From: Paraspadella gotoi
Taxonomy: Eukaryota > Animalia > Chaetognatha
Length of the DNA: 51,686 nucleotides
Reading direction: 5' to 3'
Assembly (NCBI GenBank): GCA_051294375.1
Contig: CM119265.1
Span: 27,845,435-27,897,120, forward strand
Both the position numbers and the translations under genes were made by a program. Position 1 is the stretch's first letter; the number at the start of each line of letters is the position of its first letter. Below are positions 1 through 11,800 of the stretch, one piece after another. The notes beneath the pieces are model-generated. The model worked only from the letters and a program-made list of their open reading frames with translations. It had not been told where the DNA came from and did not search any database.

Positions 1-11
1 GAGAGAGAGAG

Positions 12-88
<77 letters not shown>

Positions 89-138
89 AGAGAGAGAGAG
101 AGAGAGAGAGAGAATGGAAAGAGAAAGAGAGAGAGAGA
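1..138. repeat. (GA)n microsatellite
   Basis: Directly visible GA run at the window start. Confidence 0.95.
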
Positions 139-820
139 GGAAGAAGGTTAAGTACCAGAAGAGGAGAAAGTTTAAGAGTTAATAATTAAAAAAAGAGCAA
201 CCGATTTTAAAGGTTAACTAGGGAAGCGAAAAAAGGGGGGAAAAATGAAATTAAGAGAAAATAAACGAATTGAAAGAAGAAAGAATTAAGATTAAATAAA
301 AAAATGTGAAGCGGATTAGTTTGTGAATAATTTCAAATGGAATTCAGTCAATCTCATTTGTCGTGTTCTGATTAAGTTTTGATACATTTTTATTCTATTG
401 CCTTTAAGGTTTAATTTTGATATTTTACATTGGCAATTGATCATGTTTGTTTATGGTTAAAAGGCAAAAACCAAAAAAAGTCTTTGAAAATTAATAATAA
501 TTAAAAAAAAGATAAGTATTCTTGCCACAATTTAAAAATATATCGAGTGGATTCCATCGATTGAATTTAACGTTTTTATCTCACAAGTTTTTTCTCCTTT
601 TTTTCTCATATGTTACCTTTAACTATAACTGTGACAATGATCCATCACTATTACCGGACAATCACCGATTTCCACTCAATTCACTCTGCGAACATTATTA
701 ATCCTCTCAGGGGTGAAAAATCACTCTGTTTCACACTCTCTTCTATTTCACTATTTTACATCAAAACGCCCGTCATTTCTAATCCACTTCGGTCATAGAC
801 ACCTGACCCAGTTCCCTTAC

Positions 821-959
821 CAACGCCCCCCATCCCACCCATCACACACAGACTGACCCGATTTGGCGGTCATCTGCGTGCCGGGTCTCGAGGCGGCGAA
901 GTCAGAATCTCCGGCGGCAGCGAGATGAAGAACAGTGTGACTCTGGACGACGCGTTGCG
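821..959 (-). CDS. possible coding exon of an unknown gene (contains TVLHLAAAG, weakly ankyrin-like)
   Basis: Minus strand: acceptor CTCTTCAG, one open frame (QRVVQSHTVLHLAAAGDSDFAASRPGTQMTAKS...), donor GTAAGG at 820 (alternative GTCAGT near 857). GC-rich island in AT-rich DNA; phase-compatible with the 1490-1599 exon candidate. Confidence 0.25.
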
Positions 960-1177
960 CTGAAGAGTCGAGTCGGTCTCGGGGGGAAGGGGTCATGGCT
1001 GTTGAGGGGATTTGGGTGATAACTATCTTTAATTTCTACTCTATTTCGTAGATCTTTGGTGTAAGTACTACATAAATTATTACATTAATAACTTCATCAC
1101 ATTCCTAAAAAATAATATTTCCGATATAGAAAATTTAAAAATGACCTCAACTTTAGTAAAAAAGGCATTTTTTTTCA

Positions 1178-1554
1178 CTAGAAGATCTGGGACCAAGCAA
1201 CTTGAAGGCTGAGGAGAAACTGACTCGTTTTTTTCGAGGAGATGATGCTTACCTTCGCTAGAGGGTCTGGGACCTAGCAGCTTGACGCTGAGGAGAAACT
1301 GACTTGTTATTCTCAAAGAGGTGATACTTACATTTGCTAGAGGATCAGGGACCAAGCAGCTTGACGCTGAGGAGAAACTGATTTGTTTTTCTCGAGGAGA
1401 TGATGATTACCTTCGCTAGAGGATCAGGGACCAAGCAGCTTGACGCTGAGGAGAAACTGATTTGTTTTTCTCGAGGAGATGATGCTTACCTTCGCTAGAG
1501 GATCTGGGACCAAGCAGCTTGACGCTGAGGAGAAACTGACTCGTTTTTCTCGAG
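1178..1554. repeat. 79-bp tandem repeat, about 4.7 copies
   Basis: Unit CTAGAGGATCTGGGACCAAGCAGCTTGACGCTGAGGAGAAACTGACTCGTTTTTCTCGAGGAGATGATGCTTACCTTCG starts at about 1178, 1258, 1337, 1416 and 1495. Confidence 0.95.
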
Positions 1555-1599
1555 TGACCGTGAAAGATTCTCATTGGAAGACGAAGGACGATTTGGAAT
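1490..1599 (-). CDS. possible coding exon, unknown product
   Basis: Minus strand: branch-like CACTAAT, pyrimidine tract TTTCTTTTCTAG, open frame FQIVLRLPMRIFHGHSRKTSQFLLSVKLLGPRSSSE, donor AAG|GTAAGC. Confidence 0.2.
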
Positions 1600-2159
1600 C
1601 TAGAAAAGAAAGTTAAACGAAATTAGTGATATTAAGATTATAAGCGTTCTATAATGATAATGATAATTTTAAATGTAAATTTAAAATAACAACATCATTG
1701 ATCCGCGTTGGTTTTTTTTTACCAGTGTATTATTTTCTGGCCACTTTTTAGATTTTAATTTTTTTTAAATAAAAAAAAATAAATTTCAGATTTTAGTTTT
1801 TAGATTTTAGATTTTAAATTTCAAACTTTTGAAGATGAGACTAACATGAAAAAAAGTTTTTATTGATTGAAGGTAATAAAACACAACATCACATAAACTG
1901 AATATTATTCACAACATCACTTTAACATCATCCTTGGCACCGTTCTCTCCATCACGAATTCAACCCCCCCACCTCGTACAAGTTTCCCATTTTCCTCGGG
2001 TCACAATATCTGACCCCAAATCCGTTTCGTCTCCCATCTCTATCCAATTTTCCTTCTTTCTTTACTCGCGCACCTTTACATGAACATAATATCTTACAAC
2101 AATAACTAAAATACTAAAATATCATATTTTATCTTTCAATTGATCATAAGATAAGATTA

Positions 2160-2585
2160 TTTCCTTCCTAAGCTTTACTTTTCTTATCCTTCCTCCCTTT
2201 TTCTTGCCATTTAATTTCTTTTCCTCCCTTTCCTTTCTCATTCTGTCCTTCCTTTCCTTTCTTTCCTTTTTCTCTTCTATCTTTCTTCTTTTTCATTTTC
2301 TTTGCCCCCTTTCCTTTGATTTATTTTCTTTTTCTCCTTTACTCTCCTCCCTTTTCCCTTCTTCTTTTTCTTTTTTCCTTTCCTGCCTTTTCTTTCCACC
2401 CTTTTCCTTTCTTCTTTTTTTATCCTTCCTCTCTTTTCTTTTTTTTCTTCTTTTTATCCTTTTCCTTTCTTCCCTTTCCTTTCCACTCTTTTCATTCCCT
2501 CCTTTTTCATTTCTTCTTTTTCTTTTTCCCTTCCTCTATTTTCTTTCAACTATTTTCCTTTCCTCCCTTTTTCTTTCCTCCCTCG
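2160..2585. repeat. polypyrimidine low-complexity tract
   Basis: Almost exclusively C/T; it produces the F/L/S-rich ORFs. Confidence 0.9.
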
Positions 2586-3566
2586 AAAAGAGGGTCAACT
2601 TCAACGACGGGAACGAAATCTCGAGTCGCCTTTTTTTTCCCTTAAGGTTCAAGGGAACCAAAAGAGAGGCTGATTCGAGAGGGACTGGTCGANNNNNNNN
2701 NNNNNNNNNNNNNNNNNNNNNNNNNNNNNNNNNNNNNNNNNNNNNNNNNNNNNNNNNNNNNNNNNNNNNNNNNNNNNNNNNNNNNNNNNNNNNNNNNNNN
2801 NNNNNNNNNNNNNNNNNNNNNNNNNNNNNNNNNNNNNNNNNNNNNNNNNNNNNNNNNNNNNNNNNNNNNNNNNNNNNNNNNNNNNNNNNNNNNNNNNNNN
2901 NNNNNNNNNNNNNNNNNNNNNNNNNNNNNNNNNNNNNNNNNNNNNNNNNNNNNNNNNNNNNNNNNNNNNNNNNNNNNNNNNNNNNNNNNNNNNNNNNNNN
3001 NNNNNNNNNNNNNNNNNNTCTCTCTCTCTCTCTCTCTCTCTTCCCCCTTCTGGAGACCAAGGCGGAAGGCTTCAACCTCTTAGACACGATATCCGTCACT
3101 TATGTAAAGAAAGGAAAAGAAATTAAAGAAATAAAAGAGGAGGAGGAGGAAGAGGAGTTGGAGGAAGAAGAATTCAAACGGGAGGAGAGAAATAAAACAA
3201 GAGACAAAACAACCATAAAAAAGCAAAGTAAATAAAAGCAATACGATTGAAAAGAGGAGGTGGAAAAAAATAGAAAAGAAAACTAGAAAAAAAAATAAAA
3301 CGAAATATAAATAAAAAGTTTTAATTGTCCATGAAATTGTAAAATTAAAACCAATATAAAAATGATCCATTCGATTGTAAACTAAGTTTTCGTGCCATTT
3401 AATTTTTTTTTAAATTACTTTTAGTCTTAAAATAAATTTAAAATCTAAATAAAAAAAAAGGTTTTAAATATCAAAAAAAGTAGACAGATAAAAAAAAAAT
3501 CGGTAAAATAACATCGCAGGAAATAGACCAGTAGATGGATCTGATAGACCAAATGGTTTGTCTCTC

Positions 3567-3851
3567 TTGGCTTTTCCGTCTTTTCTTCTGATTGACCAAT
3601 CAGAGAGCTTGGCTTTTCCGTCTTTTCTTCTGATTGACCAATCAGAGAGCTTGCCTCTCTTAGCTTTTCCGTCTTTTCTTCTGATTGACCAATCAGAGAG
3701 CTTGCCTCTCTTGGCTTTTCCGTCTTTTCTTCTGATTGACCAATCAGAGAGCTTGCCTCTCTTGGCTTTTCCGTCTATTCTTCTGATTGACCAATCAGAG
3801 AGCTTGCCTCTCTTGGCTTTTTCGTCTTTTCTTCTGATTGACCAATCAGAG
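3567..3851. repeat. 51-bp tandem repeat with palindromic CCAAT core, 6 copies
   Basis: Unit CTTGGCTTTTCCGTCTTTTCTTCTGATTGACCAATCAGAGAGCTTGCCTCT; core TCTGATTG-AC-CAATCAGA is an inverted repeat. One unit is 9 bp shorter. Confidence 0.95.
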
Positions 3852-4050
3852 AGGAGGCTTCCCTCAGGAAACCGACGGCAGGGAAAGAGGAGAGGGAACG
3901 AGATCACTCTTCAACTTACCTTCAAGAACTCAACATCAAATTTTATTTATTGTATTTAATGTTTAATGATTAATGTTTAATGTTTAATGTTTAATGTTAA
4001 TAAAACTTCTCTAATTTCTCCTAAATAAACCACGCCTTCTTCCTTCAATG

Positions 4051-4092
4051 TGGTGCCAGTGGTGGGATTCGAACCCACGCCTCCAGAGTGAC
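4051..4092 (-). pseudogene. 3' half of a tRNA-Leu-like sequence with encoded CCA (extended PBS-like)
   Basis: Reverse complement GTCACTCTGGAGGCGTGGGTTCGAATCCCACCACTGGCACCA: variable arm, T-arm GTGGG-TTCGAAT-CCCAC, acceptor strand, A73 and CCA. No D-arm or anticodon loop. Confidence 0.8.
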
Positions 4093-4299
4093 AAAAAACG
4101 CCAAAGGAAAAAAAAAAGTTATCCAGCTGACGTAGAAAAGACGGTGGAACGTACAGACGGACGGACAAAGCTCTACATTTAGCCGTACTTATTGAAAAAA
4201 GCTTATTGGCTTCAAACGAAGACAATACTACAATAGTACAATCGGATAAATAAGCTATATAGAGAATATGTGAGGGTTTGTGAAAATAAACAATGACAT

Positions 4300-4458
4300 A
4301 TATGATGATGACGATGATTGATAGATGATGATGATGATGATGAATAATGGTGATGATGATGATGATGATGAATGATAAATAATGGTGATGATGATGATGA
4401 TGACGATGGATGAAAAATTGATGATGATGATGAATAGTGATGAATGATGATGACGATG

Positions 4459-4492
<34 letters not shown>
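4300..4492. repeat. (GAT)n microsatellite (mirrored as (CAT)n at ~8405-8655)
   Basis: Directly visible. Confidence 0.95.
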
Positions 4493-4564
4493 CTCTTTAA
4501 AAAAAGGCCTTATTGACCCTCTTTAACTTTTTAACTTCCTCGCTTCTTGAGAGACAGAATAAAA

Positions 4565-4610
<46 letters not shown>

Positions 4611-6364
4611 AAAAAGAGAGAGAAAGAGAGAAATGGTCCCTGATAAATATTGAGAGGACCTCTGGCGATATCAAGTCGTTTTGGCTGCAGCTCGCCTTTA
4701 CGCCTCGTGGGGCAAACCTTATCGCCTTCACCCTATGTGGCGTGACCCTTTTTGGCGTAGGATGACCCCTTTTGACGTAGCGTGACCCTTTTTGGCGTAG
4801 GATGACCCCTCTTGACGTGACCTTGGCAAATATTTGACATTGACTGCGTACAGCTTTTATTTTTACCAGCATTAAATTATTCTCATTAATAAATTTAAAA
4901 AGCGATCATAAAGTTTATTTAATTCATTTAGACGTAATTTGCAGACAATAAAATAAATATAGTACGACTAGCACGTGTTTTTCAAATTTTCTTTCTTATT
5001 AACAAACTGAATTTAATACGTGTATGAAGCAAAGATTTATTATTGAAACCGGCGCTCCTCGCTGTTGTGTGCTTCCTTGAAACAGTAAACAATGAAATGA
5101 TAAAAAAAAAACTGTTTCGTTGTATACCAAAGAAAAAAGAAAGAAAAAAGAAAGAAAAAAAGAAAGAGACTTCGGCTCTTTGACCATTAAGGTTCTTTTG
5201 TTTCCCAACAGAACCATTTCCCTTTTTTTGTCCTTTTTTCCCCTTTTTTTTCCTTTCTTTCTCTTCTACATGACCACTTTGCTGAGTTCCGCTTTATCGC
5301 TTCCCTTTTCTATTACTTCCCTCAATTTCTTTACGCATTCGATTTTTTTTCTTTTCTTTTCTTTTCTTTTCTTTTCTTTTCTTTATCTTCTTTTCTTTTC
5401 ACTTCTCTTTTCTTTCTCTCTCTCTCTCTCTTCTTTTGCTAATTTATTTACATTTTCTTTAAATAATGTGTACATACATATATATGTAAAGCTCATTAAC
5501 AATTGCATTCTTACTGTGTTAAATTTTTACATTTTGAGCATAATAAATAAAATAAAATAAAATCAATCTCTCTGTCTCTCTCTCACTTACTCTCTCACTT
5601 TCTCTCTCTCTCTCTCTCTCTCTCTCTATCGTCGTCATCACCTCTCGGCTCTCTCCTCTCTCCTCCTGCTCCTCCTCTCTCATCTGCTCTTTCACTCCTC
5701 ATTCTCACTTTTTCATCTGCATTCTTATCTCTACATGCTCAGATCCCCTGCTCTTCTCCCCTCTTCTTTTTTTCGTTGTCAAACGAATAGACTGAAAAAA
5801 AAATCAAAACAAAACTCAGACTTTTTCATTTTATTTCCTTTTAATTTTTTTCTCTTTTTTTATTTTCGCTTTAAAAACTAATTTATTCTCGAAATTAATT
5901 GTTCTTTCGCTTTTAAATTCCCCCCGGATGTAGAAAAGGGTCGGAAGGACGGACGCGAAGAGAGCCGCCATCCCGTATGTAATTCGATCGTTAAATGGAA
6001 ATATGTGATGGTCATCACTGAAAACAATAATAGACAAAAACTTATTTGCATATTTTCATTTTACAAAAATGAAATAATAAAATTTTATGGGTAATAGATA
6101 TTTAGCTACTTAATACAAAAGGACAGACTAAGGAACGGACGAAAGCACAAACAAACCGAGAGACTAAAAAGGTTCTTTCTCTTCATTTTATTACATTTTT
6201 TTTCGAAAAACGAAATTTTTTCAAAGGTTTTTATGAAAGTCATCATTTTTATGTTGTTTTTTTTTAACAATACTTATTAACTTATTACTTTTTAACAATA
6301 CTTATTCAAACTCACGCGATTCCATCCTCCCTTTCTCAGTCTACTTAACTTCTTCTCATAACCA

Positions 6365-6405
<41 letters not shown>

Positions 6406-6442
6406 TGACCCTGGCTAGAGGCCCCCTGAGAGAGAGAGAGAC

Positions 6443-6473
<31 letters not shown>

Positions 6474-7202
6474 CGACGAGAGACGAGAGAGAGAGAGACG
6501 GAGAGCGAGAAGAGACGGAGAGAGAGTTATGTGTTATGAGAAGAAGTTAGTTAGACTGAGAAAGGGAGATGGATCGCGTGAGTTTGAATAAGTATTTGTT
6601 AAAAAAGTAATAATTAATAAAAGTATTGTTAAAAAAAACAACATAAAAATGATGACTTTCATTAAAAACCTTTGAAAAAATTTTCGTTTTTCCAGAAAAA
6701 AAAAATGTAATAAAATGAAGAGCAAAGCCTTTTTTAGTCTCTCCGGTTGTTTGTGCTTTTCGTCCATTCCTTAGTCTGTCCTTTTGCTATTAAGTAGCTT
6801 AAATATTCGATACCCCATAAAAATTTTTAGTATTTCATTTTTGGGTTAAAATGAAAATATGCAAATAAGTTTTGTCTATTTATTGTTTTTCAGTGAGACA
6901 TGCACATATTTCCATTTAACGATCGAATACATACGGATGGCGGCGCTCTTCGCGTCCGTCCTTCCGACCCTTTTCACATCCGGGGGGAATTAAAAGCGAT
7001 AAAGAACAATTAATTTCGAGAATAAATTAGTTTTTTAAAGCGAAAATAAAAAAAAGAAAAAATTTAAAAGAAATAAAATGAAAAAGTCTGAGTTTTGTTT
7101 TGAATTTTTTTTTCAGTCTATTCGTTTTGACAACGAAAAAAAGAGGGAGCGAGAGAGAGAGGGATTGAGAGAGAGAAAGAATGAAGAGAAAAAATTGAGA
7201 AT

Positions 7203-7234
<32 letters not shown>

Positions 7235-8264
7235 AGAGACGAGAGAGAGAGAAAGTGAGAGAGTAAGTGAGAGAGAGACAGAGAGATTGATTTTATTTTA
7301 TTTTATTTATTATGCTCAAAATGTAAAATTTAACACAGTAAGAAATGCAATTGTTAATGAGCTTTACATATATATGTATGTACACATTATTTTAAAGAAA
7401 ATGCTTAAATAAATTAGCAAAAAGAATGAGAGAGAGAGAGAAAAGAAAAGAGAAGTGAACAAGAAAAGAAGATAAAGAAAAGAAAAAGAAAAGAAAAGAA
7501 AAGAAAAAGGAAAAAAATCGAATGCCGTAAAGAAATTGAGGGAAGTAATAGAAAACGGGAACATAAAGCGGAAACTCAGCAAAGTGGTCATGTAGAAGAG
7601 GAAAGAAAGGAAAAAAAGGGGAAAAAAAGGACAAAAAAAGGAAATGTTTTCTGTTGGGAAACAAAAAGAACAAACCTTAATGGTCAAAGAGCGAAGTCTC
7701 TTTCTTTTTTTTCTTTCTTTTTTCTTTCTTTTTCTTTGGTTTATTCAACAAACAGTTTTTTTTTTACTCATTTCATTGTTTACTGTTTCAGGAAGCACAC
7801 AACAGCGAGGAGCGGCCGGTTTCAATAATAAATTCTTTGCTTCTTACAGTATTAAATTCAGGTTTGTTAATAAGAAGAAATTTGAAAAACATCGGCTAGT
7901 CGCCTACTATATTATTTTATTCTGCCCAAATTACGTTAAATGAACTTAAATAAAACTTTATGATCGCTTTTTAAACTTATTAATGAGAATAATTTAATGC
8001 TGGTAAAAATAAAAGCTGTACGCAGTCAATGTCAAAATATTTGCCAAGGTCACGTCAAGGGGGTCATCCTACGCCAAAAAGCGGCTCACGCTACGTCAAA
8101 AGGGGTCATTTCTACGCCAAAAAAGGGTCACGCCACATAGGCGTGAGGCGATAAGGTTTGCCCCACGAGGCGTAAAGGCGAAGCTGCCAGCCAAAACGAC
8201 TTTGATATCGCCAGAGGTCCTCTCAAATATTTAACAGGGACCATTTCTCTCTTTCTCTCTCTTT

Positions 8265-8302
<38 letters not shown>

Positions 8303-8821
8303 TCTCTCTCTCTCTCTCTTCTCTTTCTCTTGTTTTTTTTCGTCTCTCAAGAAGCGAGGAAGTTAAAAAGTTAAAGAAGGGTCAAAAGGCCTCTTTTTAA
8401 AGAGATCATCATTCATCATCATTTCATCGCATCATCATCATCATCATCATCGTCATCACCATCATTACATTTATCATCATAATCATCATCATCATTTCAA
8501 CATCGTTCATCATCATTCTAATCACTATCACATCATTTCATCATTCGTCATCATCATCATCATCACCATATTATCCATCATCATCATCATCATCATCACC
8601 ATTATTTATCATCATCATCATCAATTCATTTATCCATCATCGTCATCATCATCATATGTCATTGTTTTATTTTTTCACCAAACCCTCACATATTCTCTTA
8701 TAGCTTATTTATCGATTTGTACTATTTGTAGTATTGTCTTCGTTTGAAGCCAATAAGCTTTCAATAAGTACGGCTAAATTGTAGAGCTTTGTCCGTCCGT
8801 CTGTACGTTCCACCGTCTTTT

Positions 8822-11800
8822 ATAAGTAAGATGGATAACCTTTTTTTTAATTTGGAGTTTTTTTGTCAATCTGGAGGAGTTGGGTTAGAATAAAAAAATG
8901 AAAAAAATTGAAAGGAAGAAGAGTGGTTTATTTAGGAGAAATTAGAGAAGTTTTCTTAAAATTTAAAAATTTAAAAATTAAAAATTAATAATTAAAAATT
9001 AAATAAAATAAATAAAATTTGATTGTTGAAGTTATTGAAGCGTAAGTTGAAGAGTGATTATGAGTTACCTATAATATTTAAATGAAGTAGCGTTTACTGA
9101 GGAAGAATAATGATATGATTGGTAAATAAGCAAGAAAAGAAGAAAAAAAAGAAAAGAGAGGAAGATATCATGATTGGTAAATAAGAAGAATTAGAGGAAA
9201 AGAAAAGAGAGGAAAGATATAATGATTGGTAAATAAAGAAGAAAAGAAGGAAAAGAAAGAGAGGAAAAGATATATGATTGGCTAAATAGAAGAAAAAGAA
9301 GGAAAAGGAAAAGAGAGGAAAGATAATATGATCTGGTACAATAAGAAGCAAAAGAAGGAAAAGAAAAGAGAGGAAAGGTATCTGAATTGGTAAATTAAAG
9401 AATAGAAGGAAAAGAAAAGAGAGGATAAAGATATATGATGGTAAATAAGAAGAAAAAGAAGGATGAAAAAGAAAAGAGAGGAAAGATATATGATTGGTAA
9501 ATTAAGAAGAATAGAAGGATTAAAAGAAAAAGAGGAAAAGATATTTGATTGGTTAATAAGAAGAAAGAAGGAAAAGAAAAGAGGAGGCCAAAGCTATTTG
9601 ATTGGAAATAAGAAGAAAAAGAAGGAAAAGATAAGAGAGAAAGATATATGATTGGTAAATTAAGAAGCAAAGAAGGAAAAGAAAAGCTATATATGATTGG
9701 TAAATAGAAGAAAAGAAGGAAAAGAAAGAGAGACAAAAAATCTTGTATAATAAGATAAATATTAATGGTATATTAATGATGATGTTATTTTAAAAGATTT
9801 TTTTTTATATGTCTAACTTTTTTTGATATTTAAAAAATTTTTTTATTTTAATTTTAAATTTTTTTTAGAATTAATATAAGGAATAGGAATGATGTATAAG
9901 TATAAGTAATAACATTAGTATTATAGATTTATTATATATAGTCTTAGGAAATTCATCAGTAGAATAAAGAAAATAAAGGATATAAAAAATCTATATAAAA
10001 ATATATATTCAATTTAATATTTAATGTATATATATATATATATATTAAGAATATTGAAGTTTAACGCAACACCTTAACAATTCTGAACATTTAAGAAAGA
10101 GTAGGGGGATTATTGCTTGTAGTTGTTGTAGATGACAGTAAAAAAATGTGGAATTTGAGAGAGGAGTTTGAGAGCAGTAGGAAAACATGTAAGGAGATGA
10201 TCTGGGGGAAGGAGAGTATATGAAGAGGAAGTAGAAAATCGGGAGAATTGGGAGACTTATAGAAAAAAATAAAAATGCAGAAAAGATTATAAAAGAAAAA
10301 AAATATGAAGGAATAAGAGAGAAAATTTATTAATAATATTGTTAGTATAAATTATCTTTTGAAATTAATATAATTTTGTGAAATGTTTATTTAAAATTGT
10401 AAAGCAATTAAATATTTTGCAATTAATTATTTTTGTTGAAAAAAAAAATTATTATTATTTATTAAAAATTTAAAACGAAAGAAAGAAGGGAAGAGAAAGA
10501 GAGAAAGGAATTAGATTAGCGAGAAAGTGGCAGTAAGAATAGAAAAAGAAAAAGCTTAAAGAAATTTTAGGAGAAAGTCTGTTAAATTGCTGAATGATGA
10601 TAAAAATGGTGAAAGAGGTTGGGATAAGCATGCTTGATGAAAGAGGTTGCATCTGAAAGAATGCAATTATAGGGATAGCTTTGAAATATATTAAGAAGAA
10701 TTTGGTGAAAGAAAGAAGGAGATTTTAAAAAGGAAGAAGAGAGAAATAATTGGGTGTTTGGAAAAATAAAGAAAAGAATTATAAAAGTTCTTTAGAGAAA
10801 TAAAATATTTGAGGTGAAAAATAGATTTAGTAATAGCAGTTTACATTGGGTTTTAGAGGAAAGAACGAAGTAATAGCAAGAAATGGAAAAGGAAAAAGAA
10901 AAAAAAAAGGGGAGCGGAAAATAAGTAAGTAGAGGATTAGAAAAAAAGAAAAAGAATTCGACAGAAAATTGAAGAAAGATACAAGAGGAGAAGATGCATG
11001 ATATTATTGGAAAATGATGAAGAAAGATGATGAAGATGCATAAAAAAAAAGGTGAAAAGTTGAAGATAAGATGCACGGTAAATTTTGGTATAAAGAGGAG
11101 AATCAGATAAGAATAATTATTTAAGGGTTAAGAAGGCGTAAAAATTAAGAAGAAAAGAGAGGAGAACAGTAAGTATTAGTAGAAGTATTAGGAGAAAAGT
11201 TCAGGAGTACGAAGGAGGAGAAAGTTATGAAAGAAAGAGAAGAAATTTTAAGAGCAAAATGGAAAAAGATAAGAAGATTTCGTGGAAGTTAAGCTATAAA
11301 CTACTATTAAGAGTTTTGCATTAAGGGAATAAGACGGCATAAGGATAGAAGAGGGCGAAGAAGTACGGAAAAGAACGAGATAGAAGAGAAAAAAAGAAGA
11401 AAAAGAAGAGTAAACGAAGATAAGAATTAGAAAAATTAAGTTATTACAAAGATAGAGAAGGAAAGAAGAAGAAGCAAAGAACGAAGAAGATGATGAAGAA
11501 GCATGTTGGAATTAAGGTAGTAGTTCATGTTGGGCGAGTAGTATGGGAAGCATTAAAAATAGAGAGAAGATACGAAAAAATTTTTAAAAAAGTAAGAGGA
11601 TGGAGATTAATTGAAGGAGCATTAGATTTAGAATTTGAGGAGGACGGTGATGGAAGAGTGAGATGAAAAGTAAAGTTTGGAGGGGGAAGTTTGTCTAGAG
11701 CATAATTAAAAGGAGTTACGAGAAAAAATGGCATAAAAAATTTAATTTAAAGATTAGAAGGCAGAAGGGATGGAAGAAAAATAGAGAGTGTGAGAGAAAA

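Larger units (their letters stand above)
3422..9873. repeat. ~3-kb inverted duplication (arms 3422-6400 and ~6428-9873), probably a read or amplification fold-back artefact
   Basis: 6530-6600 is the reverse complement of 6295-6367, 8040-8220 of 4655-4835, and 9735-9873 of 3422-3566. The arms differ mostly by scattered 1-nt indels; 28-nt spacer between (TC)n and (GA)n. Confidence 0.93.

Noticed and set aside
2204-3235. 343-aa hydrophobic ORF
   Set aside because: Polypyrimidine tract plus an N gap; no coding signal.
3464-3959. 17-aa repeat proteins on both strands (SDWSIRRKDGKAKRGKL)
   Set aside because: A 51-bp unit is trivially open in some frames; no splice or start support, and the DNA palindrome better explains the conserved core.
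4051-4092. Functional tRNA gene or prophage att site
   Set aside because: The 5' half, D-arm and A box are missing, and there is no tyrosine integrase or prokaryotic context. The same applies to 26172-26216.
6401-6428. Residual SMRTbell adapter or hairpin telomere at the palindrome centre
   Set aside because: The spacer lacks the adapter's (AAC)n/(GGA)n loop, and the flanking TC/GA runs are ordinary microsatellite.
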